A DNA stretch of 64,000 nt, taken from IMG/VR virus record IMGVR_UViG_3300024999_000034, positions 32,001 to 96,000 of that record; one strand, 5' to 3'. The notes under the pieces are model-generated. The model was not told where the DNA came from and searched no databases. It saw only the letters and a list, made by a program, of their open reading frames with translations. The position numbers were made by a program, and so were the translations under genes. Of this stretch, positions 61,213-64,000 are shown piece after piece. Positions within the stretch are counted from its first letter, which is position 1. Each line of letters opens with the position of its first letter. The stretch is from a virus.

Positions 61213-61968
61213 ATGTTAGAATTAAATAAAGTATATAATGAAGACTGTATTGGCGAAAGAGGTATGTGTCTAATTAAAGATAAGTCAATAGACATGATTT
61301 TATGTGATTTGCCGTATGGTGTCACTGCAAGGAATAAATGGGATTCAATTATACCATTTGATAAACTTTGGAAACAATATGAGTGTATAATTAAGGATAA
61401 TGGAGCAATAGTATTATTTGCTAAATCTCCATTCGACAAGTCTTTAGCAATGAGTAATATAAATTTGTATAAATATGAATGGATATGGTACAAAAACAAA
61501 GTAACAGGACATTTAAATTCTAAAAAGATGCCTATGCAAGCTCATGAAAACATATTAGTGTTTTATAAAAAACTTCCTACATATAATCCTCAAATGAGCG
61601 AAGGACATAAACCTATGAACTATGCTGTCAACCATCACGAAAATATTAGTACATATGGAGATGGAAAGAAAACAAAAAATCAAGCAGGAACCACAAAGCG
61701 GTATCCTAAAACCATTCTCGAATTCAACGTAGTAAATCAAGATAGTCCTGAAAGAATCCACCCATCGCAAAAACCAGTTGAATTATGTGAATGGCTAGTA
61801 AATACATACACAAATGAAAATGATTTAGTTTTGGATAATTGTATGGGAAGTTTTACTACCGCAATAGCATGTATTAACACAAATAGAAATTATATTGGAT
61901 TTGAATTAGATGATGGGTATTATGATTTAGGGAATAAAAGATTAGAAAGTTTGATATATGTAAAGTGA
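61213..61968 (+). CDS. beta-class N4/N6 DNA methyltransferase
   Basis: ILCDLPYG, HPSQKP, VLDNCMGS, YIGFELD. Confidence 0.92.
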   Translation: MLELNKVYNEDCIGERGMCLIKDKSIDMILCDLPYGVTARNKWDSIIPFDKLWKQYECIIKDNGAIVLFAKSPFDKSLAMSNINLYKYEWIWYKNKVTGHLNSKKMPMQAHENILVFYKKLPTYNPQMSEGHKPMNYAVNHHENISTYGDGKKTKNQAGTTKRYPKTILEFNVVNQDSPERIHPSQKPVELCEWLVNTYTNENDLVLDNCMGSFTTAIACINTNRNYIGFELDDGYYDLGNKRLESLIYVK

Positions 61969-61989
61969 AAAATAAATATCTTACACCCA

Positions 61990-62358
61990 TTGCAATACGG
62001 ATGTAATGGGTGTATAATTGGGATAAGAAGTAAATCAGAGGAGGAAGAATTTATGTTAAATACAATTATCTTTGAGGTATTAGACGAAGTTTTAGATCGA
62101 AATGTTTTTAGTACAGATTGCCACTTTTCAAAATCACACGGAAGACATAAACTAGATTTAATGACAAGAAGGGCAATTTCCTATAAAGAATTTATTAAGG
62201 AAACAAAAAGCCTTGTATTAGAATATGACATCGCTAGTTATGATGAAGATTCCGATTTCTTTCAAATAAGTATTGACTTAACTGAAGAATCAATAAACAA
62301 ATTTATTGAACGAGCAAAACAATTATGTCTTTATGAATTCGAGAATATGAAGAAGTAA
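61990..62358 (+). CDS. hypothetical protein (start probably about 62053)
   Basis: GAGGAGG before internal ATG. Confidence 0.55.
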   Translation: MQYGCNGCIIGIRSKSEEEEFMLNTIIFEVLDEVLDRNVFSTDCHFSKSHGRHKLDLMTRRAISYKEFIKETKSLVLEYDIASYDEDSDFFQISIDLTEESINKFIERAKQLCLYEFENMKK

Positions 62359-62554
62359 AATTGAAGGAGGTAATCACATATGTTTGAAAGCAAAATCGAG
62401 GATTGGACTATTATGATTGAAAGTATTAAAAACAAGTTATCACTTATTGATAATCAAACAGACGAGATCAAAAAAGCACGAAAACAATTGTCTAATGCAA
62501 GTGACAATTTAATAAAGCACATTAGAAAAACAAAATAAAGGAGTTTGATGTAAA

Positions 62555-62785
62555 ATGACACTCGCTAAAATGTTTTCGTTGTTTTCAAATGAAAAACTTA
62601 AAGAAGCGTTTGACGAATATCAAGAGCATGAAGAGACAGGGGTTATCAAAAACGGAATACTTAGAAGTATGGTAGATTTAATGTTGATGGAAGAAAATGA
62701 TATTAACCAAAATATTGCAGTATTAATGGAAAATGTAGAAGAAGGTCTATTGAAGGAGATAGCATCTAGATTCTATGATAAATAA
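62555..62785 (+). CDS. hypothetical protein
   Basis: AAGGAG RBS. Confidence 0.65.
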   Translation: MTLAKMFSLFSNEKLKEAFDEYQEHEETGVIKNGILRSMVDLMLMEENDINQNIAVLMENVEEGLLKEIASRFYDK

Positions 62786-62800
62786 AGGAGCGTGTAAATA

Positions 62801-63244
62801 ATGATTGTAAACCAAAAAGTATTAAATGGTAAATTAGAAATTACTTTAACATTAGATGAAAATGATATTAAAGTAATGAAGCTGATTAAGTCTAAGAGTA
62901 GATTAGAAATCACTTCTTGTTGTAGAACCGATGAAGAATGGGAAATGCTTGAGCCAGTGGATAACTTGGAAAAATATAGTTTAATTGAAGACCGATTGAG
63001 TATTAGCAAATATGAATTGACCAAATTAGGACGCAGAATGCTTGATAAAATGAATCCTTATATTTGTCCTAATTGTGGAACAGAATGGGAACAAAACGAC
63101 GGAGATTTAATATCTAAAGAACATATGTCAGATTTTTGGATTTGGCTTTGTCGCTATTCTTTTTCAATGTCCGAGTATAAAGACTGTCCATCATGTAATA
63201 ATTCTGAAAATGATTGGGAATTGATTGATAATAGGAGTGAATAA
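62801..63244 (+). CDS. hypothetical protein with C-terminal Zn ribbon
   Basis: CPNCG...CPSC. Confidence 0.65.
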   Translation: MIVNQKVLNGKLEITLTLDENDIKVMKLIKSKSRLEITSCCRTDEEWEMLEPVDNLEKYSLIEDRLSISKYELTKLGRRMLDKMNPYICPNCGTEWEQNDGDLISKEHMSDFWIWLCRYSFSMSEYKDCPSCNNSENDWELIDNRSE

Positions 63245-63246
63245 AT

Positions 63247-63447
63247 ATGATGAATTTTGAAGAAATCTATTATTACGATTATGAAAATGAACCAATTGGT
63301 GGAGGGAATCCATATAAAAGATGTGTATATTGTAAAATTTCTGCTCCTCAAATTAATGGGAGATTATCTGGTCATGCAGAATGGTGTGAATATAGAATAA
63401 AGATGGAGGAAGAGATTAGATTAAAAACAAGGACAACTAATGATTGA
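63247..63447 (+). CDS. small Zn-binding protein
   Basis: CVYC...GHAEWC. Confidence 0.6.
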   Translation: MMNFEEIYYYDYENEPIGGGNPYKRCVYCKISAPQINGRLSGHAEWCEYRIKMEEEIRLKTRTTND

Positions 63448-63649
63448 GGAGGAATTTAATATGGATTTTATAAATACATGTATTCTTAATATGTTTTGTC
63501 AAAATAATTGTGTTAATTATAATCAAGGATGCAAGGGGTTCTTTGAGCAAGAAGACAAATGCAGTGCATACATGTTTATAAAGTGGTTACGTGAGAATGG
63601 TCAAAATATTGGCGATTTAATTAAACAAACAAGGAATAAACAAGAATAA
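63440..63649 (+). CDS. hypothetical protein
   Basis: 69 aa, coupled. Confidence 0.55.
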   Translation: MIEEEFNMDFINTCILNMFCQNNCVNYNQGCKGFFEQEDKCSAYMFIKWLRENGQNIGDLIKQTRNKQE

Positions 63650-63664
63650 AAGGAGTGGTACATA

Positions 63665-64000
63665 ATGTTTGACTTCCTAAGAAAGAAAATTTTAATAGAA
63701 GATGAGAAACCAAAATTATATCGTTGTTTTATGTGTAAAGGTAATTATCATAAAGAAGATATTGACTTCCTTGAAAGTAGAAGATTAGGTAATAATGTTT
63801 GTACAAGATGTGCAGAATATCTCAAAGGTAATTCAAATAAAAGAAAGGAAGTGTATACTAAAATGAAAAACTTAGAAACAATTGTTAAAAATAGAGACAT
63901 CTTAAAGAAATCAGTAGATAATATTTGGACAGAAGTATTTGCCGTTAAGAATGGTCGAGAGTGGCCTGAATTATCAAAAGAAGAACAAGGGACAGTTGGT
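63665..64000 (+). CDS. partial hypothetical protein (runs off window)
   Basis: AAGGAG RBS, ATG 63665, CFMC...CTRC, open to edge. Confidence 0.55.
   Translation, partial: MFDFLRKKILIEDEKPKLYRCFMCKGNYHKEDIDFLESRRLGNNVCTRCAEYLKGNSNKRKEVYTKMKNLETIVKNRDILKKSVDNIWTEVFAVKNGREWPELSKEEQGTVG

Noticed and set aside
1460-63351. Opposite-strand or overlapping shadow ORFs (e.g. 1460, 3413, 5943, 26758, 32363, 46379, 54559, 59406, 61209)
   Set aside because: They overlap better-supported genes on the dominant strand, lack RBS and have antisense-type Phe/Leu/Ile-rich composition.

Overview
AT-rich segment of a large Firmicutes (probably Clostridia-like) phage or prophage, with no virion, terminase or integrase genes in the window. 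Genes at 1-12.2 kb run leftward and include a CoiA-like nuclease, a Zn-ribbon/NUMOD endonuclease, a UvrD-like helicase, two initiator-like proteins flanking an iteron-bearing spacer, and DUF5659. A 2.9-kb non-coding stretch follows, with a sharp G/C strand-skew inversion at a 16-bp inverted repeat. Genes at 15-64 kb run rightward. At 15-24 kb they form self-contained promoter-gene-terminator cassettes. A sigma-A-like promoter at 24.5 kb then drives a structured leader of about 320 nt containing a Firmicutes rRNA-type boxA. Beyond it are about 100 mostly small accessory genes (DUF262, LPD polyvalent protein, two DNA methyltransferases, ArdC-like, P22 gp17-like, HNH, ParB-like, kinase-like, SF2 helicase). 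The most striking signal is about 18 intergenic hairpins at 25.5-42.5 kb. Their stems are unrelated in sequence but carry the same (A/U/C)AUAACAA motif in or at the loop, all on the sense strand. They lie downstream of the boxA leader and near a small Sm/Hfq-like ORF, and are a candidate RNA-based antitermination, processing or translational control system. Several frameshifts look like homopolymer sequencing errors. All family assignments come from motif recognition by eye; no searches or folding programs were run.
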